Origin: Octopus vulgaris
Taxonomy: Eukaryota
Direction of reading: 5' to 3'
DNA: 64,000 bases
Assembly: GCA_951406725.2 (NCBI GenBank)
Contig: OX597819.1
Span: 60,388,001 to 60,452,000 of the forward strand
Both the position numbers and the translations under genes were made by a program. The notes below the pieces were generated by a model. That model had not been told where the DNA came from and did not search any database. It saw nothing but the letters and a program-made list of their open reading frames with translations. Shown here in pieces: positions 27,101 through 37,885 of this stretch; position 1 is the first letter of the stretch, and the number at the start of each line of letters is the position of its first letter.

Positions 27101-27224
27101 TTGTGAGGCCACCATTCCAATGGAGGATTTCAGAAGATACATTATCAATAAATACAACACTATGTTTCAATTTGATACAAAGTGTCGACCATAAATTGTC
27201 TGCGTTGGCTGAAAGGGTGTTCAT
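2019..27224 (-). CDS. SCFD2: Sec1 family domain-containing protein 2, complete spliced CDS (15 coding exons, 2052 nt, 683 aa)
   Basis: Exons 27051-27224, 26378-26626, 25360-25503, 23766-23840, 21390-21521, 19925-20097, 18760-18877, 17673-17794, 14897-15118, 13496-13595, 11553-11616, 8679-8781, 7750-7905, 5589-5721 and 2019-2105 join in frame with GT-AG borders. Motifs VFIDN..EILHW, ASVIFVDRSLDIVGAVGH, LPSLPGH, IAPGCL, GLKDLLKTGFG and KPRPNDHPLLIIYVIGGIT match vertebrate SCFD2 as I recall it. Confidence 0.93.
3828..4207 (+). mobile_element. Non-autonomous Helitron-like element
   Basis: Starts TC after host A and ends CTAG before host T, with no TSD; subterminal imperfect hairpin CCTGAGCAATGCCAGG. 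Confidence 0.7.
5589..5721 (-). CDS. SCFD2: SCFD2 coding exon 14
   Basis: LFMNISKPRPNDHPLLIIYVIGGITTTEVKQIKDMMASLKTDTK; tag/gtaaa. Confidence 0.92.
6440..7286 (+). mobile_element. Internally deleted Tc1/mariner-superfamily transposon (possibly maT/DD37D-like) in a TA repeat
   Basis: Imperfect TIRs CAGGATGCAATG / CATTGCGCCCTG flanked by TA; transposase remnants KHPVNIMVFGVITSDGNTMPPFIF, QDAAPCHT and IWPPNSPDCNP with frameshifts. Confidence 0.85.
7335..7650 (+). mobile_element. tRNA-derived SINE family A
   Basis: Box A TGGCTCAGTGG and box B GTTTCGATTCC. Other copies about 972-1280, 8318-8605, 22511-22815, 54054-54290, 63662-63900 (+) and 10548-10840 (-). Confidence 0.85.
7750..7905 (-). CDS. 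SCFD2: SCFD2 coding exon 13
   Basis: SILKAGDESSPPHYKSILRQIVELVFDPNKVELVDVECKTGGLKDLLKTGFG; cag/gtaag. Confidence 0.92.
8318..8605 (+). mobile_element. tRNA-derived SINE family A variant
   Basis: Head GGAGGCACATGGCCTAATGGTTAGAGCAGCGGACTC; core GCGATGGACCGGCGTCCTGTCCAGG; (ACAA)n tail. Confidence 0.8.
8679..8781 (-). CDS. SCFD2: SCFD2 coding exon 12
   Basis: KDNHTEGTVSVIVQGVWEKLKGLGDAREDLKQF; tag/gtatg. Confidence 0.87.
10021..10455 (+). mobile_element. tRNA-derived SINE family B with internal (TA)n/(TG)n
   Basis: Head GGAGTGGCTGTGTGGTAAGTAGCTTGC...GGTTCAGTCCCAC; core ACCTTGGGCAAGTG-like. Copies at 36162-36572 (-), 18212-18615, 51335-51715, 38222-38640, 39010-39785, 61952-62375 (+), 25900-26335 and 50160-50500 (-). 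Confidence 0.85.
10178..10236. repeat. (TA)n microsatellite; similar tracts at about 6394-6439, 7689-7712, 18066-18116, 45555-45595, 45838-45875, 46097-46139, 48185-48224
   Basis: Direct inspection. Confidence 0.95.
11553..11616 (-). CDS. SCFD2: SCFD2 coding exon 11
   Basis: AGIVKEILIELKNLPPITKAL; cag/gtaag; phases fit neighbours. Confidence 0.8.
11806..11995. mobile_element. piggyBac-type MITE family 1 (TTAA-CCCTTT...AAAGGG-TTAA)
   Basis: TTAA TSD and TIRs; near-identical copies at 19371-19591, 42864-43083, 58711-58930 and 62483-62702. Confidence 0.85.
12767..12832. repeat. 30-bp tandem duplication
   Basis: AAAACTGACCTCTGTRTTTGTGATACATAA x2. Confidence 0.85.
13129..13292. mobile_element. 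TA-flanked MITE (Tc1/pogo-like)
   Basis: TIRs TTGTATTTACTTGAGTATAAGCCACA / TGTGACTTATACATGAGTAAATATAG with TA on both sides. Confidence 0.7.
13496..13595 (-). CDS. SCFD2: SCFD2 coding exon 10
   Basis: LYSLDDIWCLLLYCYSLAGKDRYLWTKEEQGLQ; cag/gtaat. Confidence 0.88.
14897..15118 (-). CDS. SCFD2: SCFD2 coding exon 9
   Basis: GRYDVIQKHLAAIQVALAAIQTSNHP...MEKVILQ...; cag/gtaat. Confidence 0.9.
15428..15820 (-). mobile_element. Retroposon family D
   Basis: Collinear with 41657-42110; four tandem units. Confidence 0.8.
16230..16445 (+). mobile_element. SINE family C
   Basis: Same head and core as 39277-39507. Confidence 0.82.
17673..17794 (-). CDS. SCFD2: SCFD2 coding exon 8
   Basis: EAMSEINTSILQAAVEEKLPVK...ILNLF; cag/gtatg. 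Confidence 0.88.
18760..18877 (-). CDS. SCFD2: SCFD2 coding exon 7
   Basis: VSEKPVSSDEPAIAPGCLVSAYDEHERDLINILIKNNQK; tag/gtatt. Confidence 0.86.
19371..19591. mobile_element. piggyBac-type MITE family 1
   Basis: TTAA TSD, CCCTTT/AAAGGG ends, same body as 11806-11995. Confidence 0.85.
19925..20097 (-). CDS. SCFD2: SCFD2 coding exon 6
   Basis: NCASKASVIFVDRSLDIVGAVGHQTETLFDKILSILPSLPGH...; tag/gtaagt. Confidence 0.92.
21390..21521 (-). CDS. SCFD2: SCFD2 coding exon 5
   Basis: MFVSSFNDILEQLSVKEDIYSIGHTSRCIAMELENYGPAKSRRK; cag/gtaag. Confidence 0.9.
21685..22020 (+). mobile_element. 3' end of a CR1/L2-type LINE
   Basis: High identity to 264-537 and extends further 5' (HFF.LRVAEVWNKL). Confidence 0.7.
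22511..22815 (+). mobile_element. tRNA-derived SINE family A
   Basis: Near-identical to 7335-7650. Confidence 0.85.
23766..23840 (-). CDS. SCFD2: SCFD2 coding exon 4
   Basis: PEKTTSCLPDLEISQLPRNLQTLYK; poly-T tag/gtatg; phase 0-0 and fills the expected gap. Confidence 0.82.
25360..25503 (-). CDS. SCFD2: SCFD2 coding exon 3
   Basis: NYTVDITHVPLST...MFPLSKAD...IRAAR; cag/gtaagc. Confidence 0.9.
26378..26626 (-). CDS. SCFD2: SCFD2 coding exon 2
   Basis: RALPSQKKGVFIVSSLLQ...FHQFEDNVLEWLGNV; tag/gtaagt. Confidence 0.9.
27051..27224 (-). CDS. SCFD2: SCFD2 coding exon 1 (exon begins 27250 with 5' UTR)
   Basis: MNTLSANADNLWSTLCIKLKHSVVFIDNVSSEILHWNGGLTRLVKAGVNDVREFSSFE; donor gtatg; CAG acceptor at 27251-27253. 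Confidence 0.88.
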
Positions 27225-28727
27225 GGAGTATTATTTAACATGAAAAGAATCTGTAGAAAATAAAACGAAAAGTGATCAAAAGTATTTTTCAAGCAAAATA
27301 ACTCTTACAATAAAATGGTGTTAGAAAATATTCAACAAGGAATTAAGCCAATTTTGATTTATTAGGCAATACATTCAAACATGAACAATATACCTTGCTC
27401 TCTTGGTGGGGAATTTGTCAAATTTACAAGCTGGATATTTGGACTGCAGGCAGAAACATTACTTTGGTTGCTGAAACATTAGGGTTGACTGTTGGATGTG
27501 GTCAGCATTTGTAAGAGACATGGTGAACTCATTGGTCAGAGCTGGCTCAATCCACCCCAGGGCGAATGCCATTGCTAGTACAAATAAGTATTAAGCAAGG
27601 CACAGCCAAAATAATTACTTCTCAGTAATTTTAACACCATGGAACTTAAGGATGACTATTTCTTAAACATGCCAACTTCAGAAGAAGCCTCCAACTAGCG
27701 TTGCCCTGTGTCACTAACATTTAGAATCCTGATTAGCAGCATCCAGTAAATTCAGACATGCTCTTGTCAGTAGACTTTACATCACTGCCAACCGTTTCAG
27801 AGGTCCAAAATCCAGATCCACGTTGCAGAAGAATATACCTGTGCGATGAAGCTTTATAGTTTGTGGTGCGCATTTCCCAGCTTCGCAATTTTTGCCGAGG
27901 CGAGAAAAACCTTAGATACGCAATGTTCGAGAAGAAGGCGAGACGTTCATGGTCCAAACGTCTTTAATTACAGGTGTGCTCAATCATTGTTAAGCTAGGC
28001 TCTGAGTTGGACGGACACTTGAATGTCAACAATTCTCTCTTCCTCATGTAGGAAAGATACAAACTAGTTGTAACTGGTTCTTATTTATCAACTTCCAATA
28101 AATCAAAGACAGGCTCTGCCACCAAATTTAGCAACAGCAAAGTATCTCCGTTGTAAGTACCGCTCTCCACGCCCTAATTGAACACTAAAATATGGCATCA
28201 TTTTTATAATAAATAACCTTATCAAAATTTTGTCTAAGAAATAAAGATATGTCTAATATCAACATATATCATGCACAAGTTTTGTTAAGAAAGCATTCAC
28301 GAAATTTAAAACTATTTTACTTCATTGAGAATTATGGTTAAAGTTTCATTTTGCTTACATATAGTTTTCTATGTATTGGGAATTTTCATATGGAAACTAT
28401 GTGGTTATCATATTTGTTTAAAACATTTCTATATTTCGTTCTTTGGTTCAGTATTCAAGATATTTGTACAATTCCTTTGGTAATGATATTTATGTATTTA
28501 CATACAAATATTAAACAAGCACTATTAAAAATATGGTTAATTAAACGATGATGTCAGGGTAAATTAAAGATAAACTGTTTAAAATATCAATGAAAAATAA
28601 GTAAATACAATCACTTTATAACAATGCATATTTCAAAGATTTTAAAACTGCTAATATTTTACAGAACCGTGAAACCGACGAAAATAATCGAATATTGCGG
28701 CAGATAAATTATAATAAACAAACTTAC

Positions 28728-28770
28728 CGATCTGTTAAAATGGCTCCAACATTGAAACTAAGTTAGATAA
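28728..28770 (-). promoter_or_regulatory. Probable non-coding first exon / TSS region of SCFD2, with a YY1-like GCCATTTT motif
   Basis: Strong donor CG|gtaagt at 28728/28727; GCCATTTT at 28737-28744; locally retained CpGs; coding exon 1 has an acceptor, so an upstream exon is needed. 5' limit is approximate. Confidence 0.5.
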
Positions 28771-28909
28771 CTCTTATATGACTGTGATGTGTCAATGATA
28801 GCAGACGAAATAACGTGGGGGCTTCGAGCAACCAGTGACTTTGCTAGAAATTGCAACTAAATTTCCCTCAAAACGCATCATACTATATTAAAAAGAAACG
28901 GTACGTTGC

Positions 28910-29048
28910 TGGAAAACACACACACACACACGGGATCGTCACCCCGGGAATGCCTTTGATCTAAGGTCTACACAATGGAAAACACACACACACACACACA
29001 AACTGGATCATCACTCCGGGAATGTATTTGATCTAAGGTCTACCCAAT
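28910..29048. repeat. Tandem duplication of about 66 bp containing (CA)n
   Basis: Two copies of GGAAAA(CA)n..GGATCRTCACYCCGGGAATG..TTTGATCTAAGGTCTAC. Confidence 0.8.
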
Positions 29049-29354
29049 TGGGTCTGGCCTAGTGCTACGTTTTACGTTCAAACCCGCCGAAGTCGATTTT
29101 CCCTTTTATCCCTTTCATATGTATAATAAAAAATATCAGTCAAATGTTGGTAGATAAAGTCCACTAATGCCACAGCATTGGTTGAAAATCATTATTTACG
29201 ACCATTGTGCCTCTTTGTTTCGGTAAATATCTTCTAACCCACAATATCCTTATTACATTGTGTTCATGTTAAATCTGTCTTTTAGAAACTAAATTCACAG
29301 GAGTTCATCATCATCATCATCACCACCACCATCACCATCATCATCATCATTATT

Positions 29355-29389
<35 letters not shown>

Positions 29390-29396
29390 TATTGAA

Positions 29397-29615
29397 GGTA
29401 GCGAGCTTGCAGAATCGTTAGCACGCCAGGTGAAATGCTTAGCAATATTTCGTCTGCCGGTACGCTCTGAGTTCAAATTCCACTGAGGTCAACTTTGCCT
29501 TTCATCCTTTCAGGGTTGATAAATTAAGTACCAGTTGAACACTGGGGTTGACATAATTGACACATCCTCTCCCCCAAAATGGCTGCCCTTGTGGCAAAAT
29601 TTGAAGCCATTATTA
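29397..29615 (+). mobile_element. SINE family C with (ATT)n tail
   Basis: Same head and core as 39277-39507. Confidence 0.82.
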
Positions 29616-31657
29616 TTATTATTGGCATGGGCTTATCAGTCTCGAGAGATCATGGATTTGTGTTCGTATTATATGGAAGATCAGCAGCTGAGGATGCACC
29701 AAGTTAAGTAATGCCACCGATGTTATCTATGAAAAGGAAAAAAGTAGATACAGATTGGCATCGGTGTCATTGAGGGAGTTGCCAGAATTAAGTTGATGAC
29801 GACTTTGTCAGTCTCTAAAAACTCACTTTTGATTTGTAATCTATTACTTCGATACCAGTACTTGATTGGTATTGGTACTTTTTTTTTTTAAATCCCGAAA
29901 TGATAAAATTCGAACCTGATCTTTGCAGACCTGCAATATAGCATATCATCATACGCCTTGAAATATATTATCTCATTTATGAGGCTCAACATTCTAAAAA
30001 ATATCTTAGCAAGTCATCTTTGTGATTTTCTCAAATTTTCAAAAGTTAACCTCATCAAAATTCATAAACTCATTTACAGTCTGTTTCATTTCACCACTTT
30101 GTGAACTACTTAAAGTTGCACCACAAACAGTAGGATTTGAATGCTTTAATAATCCTTTGGTTCATAAATTGAAGCAGACTAGTTGCATTTGGAGGTAATA
30201 AAGCAACTTGAATATTATCAGTTTAGGTAGGTGAATCTGGTGTGTTGTCCTCAAAAAGCAAAGATTTATTTTGAAGTTTCTTAGTTTGACAATATTCTTT
30301 GACAGCTGGGCAAGAAAAAAATGGTAAAGCAATCTTAGAACAATATTCCGATGTTCCATTCACTTTTTTTTTCTCCATATAACAGGAAGGTGAGGTTTTG
30401 GGTAGCCTTTCAAAACTACTAGTGTGTAAGGATGTTTAAAAAAAACTAGTAACTTGGTCTTTAGATCGCCCAAAGTACCAACGCTAACTAGGAAATGATG
30501 CAAATTTTAATAATCGTGAACCTTAGTGCATTTTTTTTTTAGAAATACAATTTCATTTCGGTATTAGTTTCCATAACAAGTCTATCTTAAATCTTAAAAT
30601 TTATTGCAGCACAAATCTGAGTATCCTCATTTGTCAAAATTTTCAACAAAGTCGGAAAAGTAGATTGCTAAGTGACTTGTAAGACAGGAAAAAAATCACA
30701 AAAAGTCCAACTAAGTCAGTTGGGGTAAATATATTTTTCACTTAAGAGATATATCACTGAAGAAATATTAGGGGTGTTTAATTCTTAATAAAGAGAGAAA
30801 GCTGCAACGGAATTGCTGAGAAAGGCTTTGACAAGCTCGGAAGGTTCATTAGAACAGAGCCTAAATATTCTGAAGTTCTGAAGGATAACATACATTGCAG
30901 TTGAGACAAAAGAATCAAAGAAAAAATTGTATCTAGATATTATTTATAAGGAAAATGTCTTCCAATCAGTCAAATGGATTTGTCTAAAAAAGTAGGTGAA
31001 GAATGTCATTGAACACAGAATATTGTTGTTTACTCATTGAATATGAACATCCCACTGGTCACAAATAAAGCTAAGGATAATAAATCAGGTCAGTCTGAGT
31101 AATGAGGTCTCAATCTCATGTAATGCATATATAGGCTAAAGCTTAAGTTTTAACAAATCTCTCTATGTGAGCAATGTTTTTTTCAGTAGCATGAATTTAT
31201 AACAACAATGTTTTCTTGGATAGGCTATTAGAATTTTCAATAGCTATATCTAATGAGTCTTTTAACATTTTCTTGCAACTGATCTATTTTAAAGCAGATG
31301 CTTCTACAAACGTTTATCACACTTGTGAATAACAGTTGAATCTTTCAAAACAAAATGAAGATGCCTGTCTTACATGTCACTTTTGTCAGTGACTTCAGTA
31401 TTCAAGATCTTATTTTGTCAGCTGATTTTACTTAACGTTGAAAGCAATCATTGAGAAAGTGGTTGAATAATATACTTTTATCTGTTACGCAATTTTGTGT
31501 GATTCTTGAAACAGTCAAACCGGTGATGATGCTACAAAAGTTTTCTCTACTAGAACCTCAACCACCACTTTTATTCCCCTTTTGAGTCATCAAATAAAAA
31601 TAAAACTTTCATTTGTATCATAAATATCAAACAGGTAGAGATAAGCCTTTCGTATGT

Positions 31658-33630
31658 TTAAATATAGTCCAGAACGATGGCGAAGAGATAAGGTGCTAAC
31701 ATGTCGCCTTGTAATACTTCGGCTTTGACTTTAAAGTATTCCGTCTCTCCCTCGTGAGTGATCACTTTTGCTCTGGTGTTCTCGTACAGCTTACTTATTG
31801 CTCTCAGAATTCTTGGTGGAATATCATATGCTTTAAGTATCTTCTTCAACATTCCTCTATGTACTGAATGAAAAGCCTTTGTTAAAGTCCACATAGATAA
31901 TGATAGTTTTCCTGTTATGGCTCTTAACTCCCTCTATCAGTCTTCTAAGTACAACAATGTGAAATATTGTTGACCATCCTGATCTGAATCGATTTTGATT
32001 TGGTCACAGTTGTTTGTTTTTCTTATGCTGTATTCAGTTAAGTATCATCTTGTTGTCCATTTTTTCAACAATGGTAGACAGACTGATCCCTCTGTAATTC
32101 CCAGTATTACTTAGGTCTCCAGTTTTGGGCAGTGGTAGCAAGTCTATCTTAGACCATTGTTCTGGCTTCACATTGTCATTTAGTAGTTTGTTTGCAAATT
32201 CAAGGATAATGTTGTCTAAATCACATCTTTTTAGTACTTCTGGTGGGATGTTGTCAGGACCAGTTTGTTTTCCTTCTTTCAGGTTACTTGTAGCTCTTTC
32301 TATTTCTTGTTTTGTGAAGTCTCCATCTTCAATTTGCAAACCATCAAGTATCTTTGCTAATTCTTCATTTTCTGTTTCACTGTCAACTTCTAGTTTCTTC
32401 CCAAGTAATTCGTAGAAATGAGTGGACCACTTTTTGATTCCCTCGTCCTTTGATTTCCCTTTGATGATTCCCTGCTTGATGGAGTTAATCAACCTCCAAC
32501 TTTCTCTGTGCTTACTCTTTGTGTCTGCATTTTCGACCTGGGAGATCATTTCATCCAGTTTCTCTTGGTACACCTGTTTTAGATCCTCTTTCTTTCTTTG
32601 GAAAGTCTGTTTAGTATCGTTGTTGGCAGTTTTTTGATAGTTGCTGAATGCCACTTCTAATTCACTGCATGCTTTTTCTAACCTAGGATCATCAGCTAAC
32701 TTTCTTTGTTTCATCCTCTTCTTTATTGGTATCAGTTTTGCTGCCACTTCCTCATTTGATTGCACAATCTTGCCATATTGCTCTGTAACAGTATCCCTGT
32801 TGGTGGATAATTCAGCAAATCTGTTATGCACTGTAACCATATAAAGCTGTTTTGCATTTCACAATGTAGACCAATTGTAGCATTTTTCCTTGCAGGAGTT
32901 TTACTTGTATGTAGACTAAGATGTAGTCTGGCTGTCACTAAGCGATGGTCACCCATTAAACTGCTAAAGCTGTTATATGCTTCTACATTGTGTACAGAAT
33001 GCTTCCATTTCGTATTAATTAGTATGTATTCAATTTGGGACTTGCTGCCATTCATGTCAGAGATAAATTTCCATTGTTTTCCTTTTTTTTTTTAATAGAG
33101 TTTTAGCGATGTGAAGATTACATTCTGTTGCATGATTCAAGGGAAGCTGGCCATTCTTGTTGGTTTCCTTATGGAATATGTAGCAGACTGTATTCTTGCC
33201 CAAATGAGCATTAAAATCACCCCATTCTATGGTAACATGGTGTTTTGGTATTTCATTGATGACATTTGTCAGTGTTTCGTAGTACTCCTCTGCATCCTTG
33301 CTTCCCACCGTGGGTGCATAATTAATAACTACTATAATGGATGGGTTTCCATTGAATGTGGCTGTGACTATTCTGTCATTTACTGGTGTTACTTCGGCCA
33401 ATGCTTTCTCTGCCAAACCGTTGATTACCCCTCCTGCTGCAGCACCATTAATACTTCACCATGCACTTGTCATTATTGGTGTGCAACCTTCAAATCATTC
33501 AAGGACAATAGGGTCTTCTTCGTGCACTATCTTGTGTTCAACTACTCCAAGGATGTTTAGTTTCCATAAATGTCAGATGGCTCAAATAGATTTTAGTGAT
33601 CAATAAAGATTCTCGTATTTTCCACCTTCT
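31658..33630 (-). mobile_element. Degenerate LINE (probably RTE-clade): APE endonuclease plus N-terminal RT, truncated at the 3' side
   Basis: Frameshifted ORFs 33057-33416 (YAPT, GDFNAH), 32732-33055 (IEYIL, DHRLV), 32034-32840 (GKQTGPDNIPPEVLK, LPKTGDLS, NYRGISL) and 31658-31894 (KAFHSV, VLQGDMLAPYLF); stops before YADD. Confidence 0.9.
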
Positions 33631-34370
33631 GTCTCTTTCATTAATTATATCTGTGTGTGTGTGTGTGTGTGTGTATTAGTAGCGTACTGAAAAACCTGAA
33701 TAATACAATCAAATAACTCCAACTGAAAGATGAAATTAATTTCTATTGGAAAAGGATTTCTACCAAATAATGAACACAAACAACAAAACATGTCAACAAA
33801 AACCATATCACAGAGAATTTTTTTTAATGTATCTAGTGAATATGAATGAAAACAAAAAAAAAATAAAGCTTTCATATCCTACTTTCTGTCAACAACTTCA
33901 GCCATGTTGAAAAGACTTGACAGCAAAATTATTATCAATAATGGCCAGGAGAAATCTAAGTGACTACACATAATTATGTCTGGATTAAAAGAGATACCAA
34001 ATCATCAGTCACTAGAAAATCAGTAGAGTCACCTGTACTTGTTAATTATATAGCATTCTTGCTTATTCTGGTGAAAAGTGATGCTAACAGGTGACAGTTA
34101 TGGTTAGCAGTAGGCCGGTAGAAGCCAAGTGTCTTGGCCAAGAGTATAATGCAAAGCCAACATATGAACTGTTGGTATTTAGGTTGGCAAGCTGGGACCT
34201 TATCAAACTGCCCAAATGTGATTCTTTTTTGTTACATTAAGAAAGTGAAAACACTGAACCAGTTATTTATTTTGTACAAAAAAGATTTAATTTCGTACTT
34301 CAACAATTCAGTAAATAGCTTACAGTGGTGTAATTAAATGTACATATGAAACCGTTTCCAATATGAAAAT

Positions 34371-34781
34371 CTAGTCAGTACTGCCTTCTGTTAAAGTCAA
34401 CAGAGTTGGATGTTGAGATGGAGATGGTGAATTACTGCAATGTGATGGTGGTACCGTGTCGTTGTTGGCACCAGGCTGAGCTGTCTGGTCTTTGTCATCG
34501 TCTTCGACTTCTTTTTCATGAACAACAGCAGGAGTTGAAAGTGTTTCGATTTCTTGAGGAACTTCTGAAGCTGTTTGGGTCTTTGGAAACTGTTGTGATG
34601 GAAGACTACTGGGCTGAGTAAGCAGAGGAACAGGAACTACAGCTGATGGCAAAGGTAGATTCTGTGATTCCTCATCATTAGGTTTGTCTTCGGTGGCTTT
34701 AGGTTGACTTTCAGGAGCTGTAGACTCAGTTGGTTGATTTGGTATGGCAGTGTCTGTACCTTCAACTGTTGGTACTTTTAT
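34371..34781 (-). CDS. SYMPK: SYMPK terminal coding exon (P/T/E/S-rich low-complexity tail)
   Basis: [20 protein letters not shown]...[10 protein letters not shown] then TAG; tag acceptor; candidate AATAAA at 34266-34271 (minus). Confidence 0.82.
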   Translation of the reverse strand: MKVPTVEGTDTAIPNQPTESTAPESQPKATEDKPNDEESQNLPLPSAVVPVPLLTQPSSLPSQQFPKTQTASEVPQEIETLSTPAVVHEKEVEDDDKDQTAQPGANNDTVPPSHCSNSPSPSQHPTLLTLTEGSTD

Positions 34782-37700
34782 CTAGAATTTGTCAGAAAAT
34801 TGAAAAAGGAATAAAAATCACCAAAAAATTGATAAGATTTTAGATGGACAAACAATGTCTTCAACTTCCATAACAATGAAACCTAGAAATTTATATTTGA
34901 TCGTTTATTTAATAGAGAATGCTAAATAGTGTTTAGCCTTTTAGCAATTAAGCTGGCTATATCTGATCCAAGTATTCAACCTGTTTTATGTCAACACTGG
35001 CCAGATCTAACCTCTTACACCTTACCCTACAATATCATCTTCGAAGTAAAAAGTCACATCAAAATCTTTGAGCTATGAGATAATACAGGATCAATTCAAA
35101 ACAATGTGAATAAATAAGCTTCACATTTAACAGAGTAATCTGAATCCTAAAGGGTTAAATGCATTGACCAAGCAGAAGATTATGATTGTAGTAAACTAGC
35201 CATTCTGTTACTTATGTGGAATATTAATCAAATTACAAATAAAACATTATCTGTTGTAGAAATATATGTTAAAGTGTCTGAATATACATTTATGCAGAGT
35301 AAGTTTGTGAAAAGAATAGGTTTATATCAATTATAATTTCTTTAACCAGTGAAAGTCATTAGAGCACTGGATAGAATACCTTGTAGTATTTGTTCTGATC
35401 CTCTGCACTTAGAGTTCAAATCCCACTGAGGTCACCTTCAGATAGAAATAATATCAATCCATGGTAGCGGATTGGCAGAGCAGTTAGAGGGTTGTGCAAG
35501 ATGCTTTGGGATACTTGTCCTGGCTCTATGTGTTCTGATGCCACTGACTGTAACAACATTGGTGCCAAGTTGTATCAACCCAAGTTGTTGGCCTTTCTCT
35601 TAGAGAAACATCCATATTATGGAGAGAAGGTACTGCTGTACCTGAGCAACTGCCAGTAATCCTCAAAATTATCTTGTTCAGGTTTACACAAACATTTGCA
35701 GATGCATGGTCAGACTTGACTGACAGAGGCCCTATATAACACATACACACATTTCCCTTAACCAAAGCACAATCCCTTTTGCCTATCTATTATTAGATTA
35801 TAGAGGAACTGCATTAAAATAATTACAATCTCACTTTTCTATATCTTTCTGGAATCTGAACACTTTAAAAGGAAGTGGGGCTTCAACTGACAAAAATGTA
35901 GGTTAGGATAAAGTTTTCTACGTTGTATCTTCACAATTCATCAATGAGAGAGAGTTTCAAGAAATAAGCTCTTTAGACATAGAAGATATATTGCCAAGAG
36001 AACTTACATATGAGAGGTAGGGTCTTTGTATTAAACTATAAAAAAAAATGCACAAAAATCTATAAAAAAAAACACTCGTTCAAACAAAAAATACATTACT
36101 TTTGGAAGGTAAACTTTAAAAAAGCTAATCTTATAAACACATTTTTCTTTAGTTAGTGTTATTCTTTTACTTGCTTCAGTCATTTGACTGTGGCCATGCT
36201 GGAGCACTGCCTTTAGTCGAGCAAATCGACCCCCAGGACTTATTCTTTGTAAGCCTAGTACTTATTCTATCGGTCTCTTTTGCCAAACTGCTAAGTTACA
36301 GGGATGTAAACACACCAACATCGGTTGTCAAGCGATGTTGGGGGGACAAACACAGACACACAAACATACACACACACACATATATATAATATATATATAT
36401 ACATATATACGACGGGCTTCTTTCAGTTTCCGTCTACCAAATCCACTCACAAGGCTTTGGTCAGCCTGAGGCTATAGTAGAAGACACTTGCCCAAGGTAC
36501 CACGCAGTGGAACTGAACCCAGAACCATGTGGTTGGTAAGCAAGCTACTTACCACACAGCCACTCCTATGCCTATATTAATATATTTAATGTAATCAGTG
36601 CCAATCCAATTAGATATACTTTTGTGATAATAAGATATTAGATTAATGACTTGTTATTTTAATTGATTTCAGCAAGTAAAGGACATAACTCTAGATATGG
36701 TTCGGTATTATTATAGATCTTCAACAAAGCAGAGACTTCATCAAAGTTGCCAGAGCAGTGACAATAAAACCTCAGCTTTGGTTTGAAGCAATACATACCA
36801 CAACAGAATTTTCTCTTTTCTCTTTCTCCAGCTTTTCAGCAGCCTTCACCTGTTCAAGTGGGTCTTTCTCCAACACATTCATAATCACTTTAGGTATATG
36901 AGCTCTCTGCAATAAAAACATTTTTTTTTAAAATTAATTAATTAGTAAATTTATGATGCCACAATTAACCTGAAGCATAATACATTAACATTACTTTAAT
37001 ATGTGGTGTAACAGCAGAAACAATATCAGGCTAAATGCAGTGCAGAATTTCATTCTGGGCTCACACACTGTCAAATTCAAATTTATCTACCACAGAAGGA
37101 AAACAAACTAAATACCAGTTAAACAGTTGGGATTGCTGAAATGGCAGTTGACTACAGCCTCACAGTTAAACACCAATACAGCATTTCATCAACTAAACAA
37201 AAGTTCTTAAATAAATTTTGAGATTTTAACCCTTCATGGGTTAGCGGGGTCCCTTGGGACCCCAGCAAATTTTAAAGTTATAGAACTTTTACATATTTTA
37301 TTTAAATGATTTTATATCTCATGACTTTTATTGTCAGCAGTTTACTTATGCACATACAAATTTTGAGTCAAAAATTTCCAGTCATTGGGGTCCAACTGAC
37401 CTTCTTTGAAATTATTATTTTCTGTTCTTTTTTCAGATATTCAGATGAACTATAGGTCAATTTTCTTCACATTTGTACAGGTATGAATTGATATCTTTTT
37501 TTTTTTTAATTCTTATTGTTTTATCTTATATTTAGTGCTATATGTATAGTTTATAAAACTATAAAAAAAAGTGATAAATTTCTTGTTCCATATCATGCAC
37601 TCACACATATACAAGATTAAACAAATATTACTTTATAGATAGTGTGGAAATGCGCAAAAATAAAAGAAGACTCCAATGGCCTTTTGGGTAATTCCAACCC

Positions 37701-37853
37701 CGCTTGCCCACAAAGGGTTAAAAATGATGGCTTTAACAGGCATTACTGTGTGGTTAAGAAATTCACTTCCAACCACATGACACCATGGGCAAGAGTCAGG
37801 TTGACAAATAAACCCTATGAATAAGATTTAGTAGATGGAACTTTACAGACACC

Positions 37854-37885
<32 letters not shown>

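Noticed and set aside
33111-33606. Plus-strand ORFs of 149 and 89 aa (also 32125-33095)
   Set aside because: Antisense shadows of the minus-strand LINE ORF.
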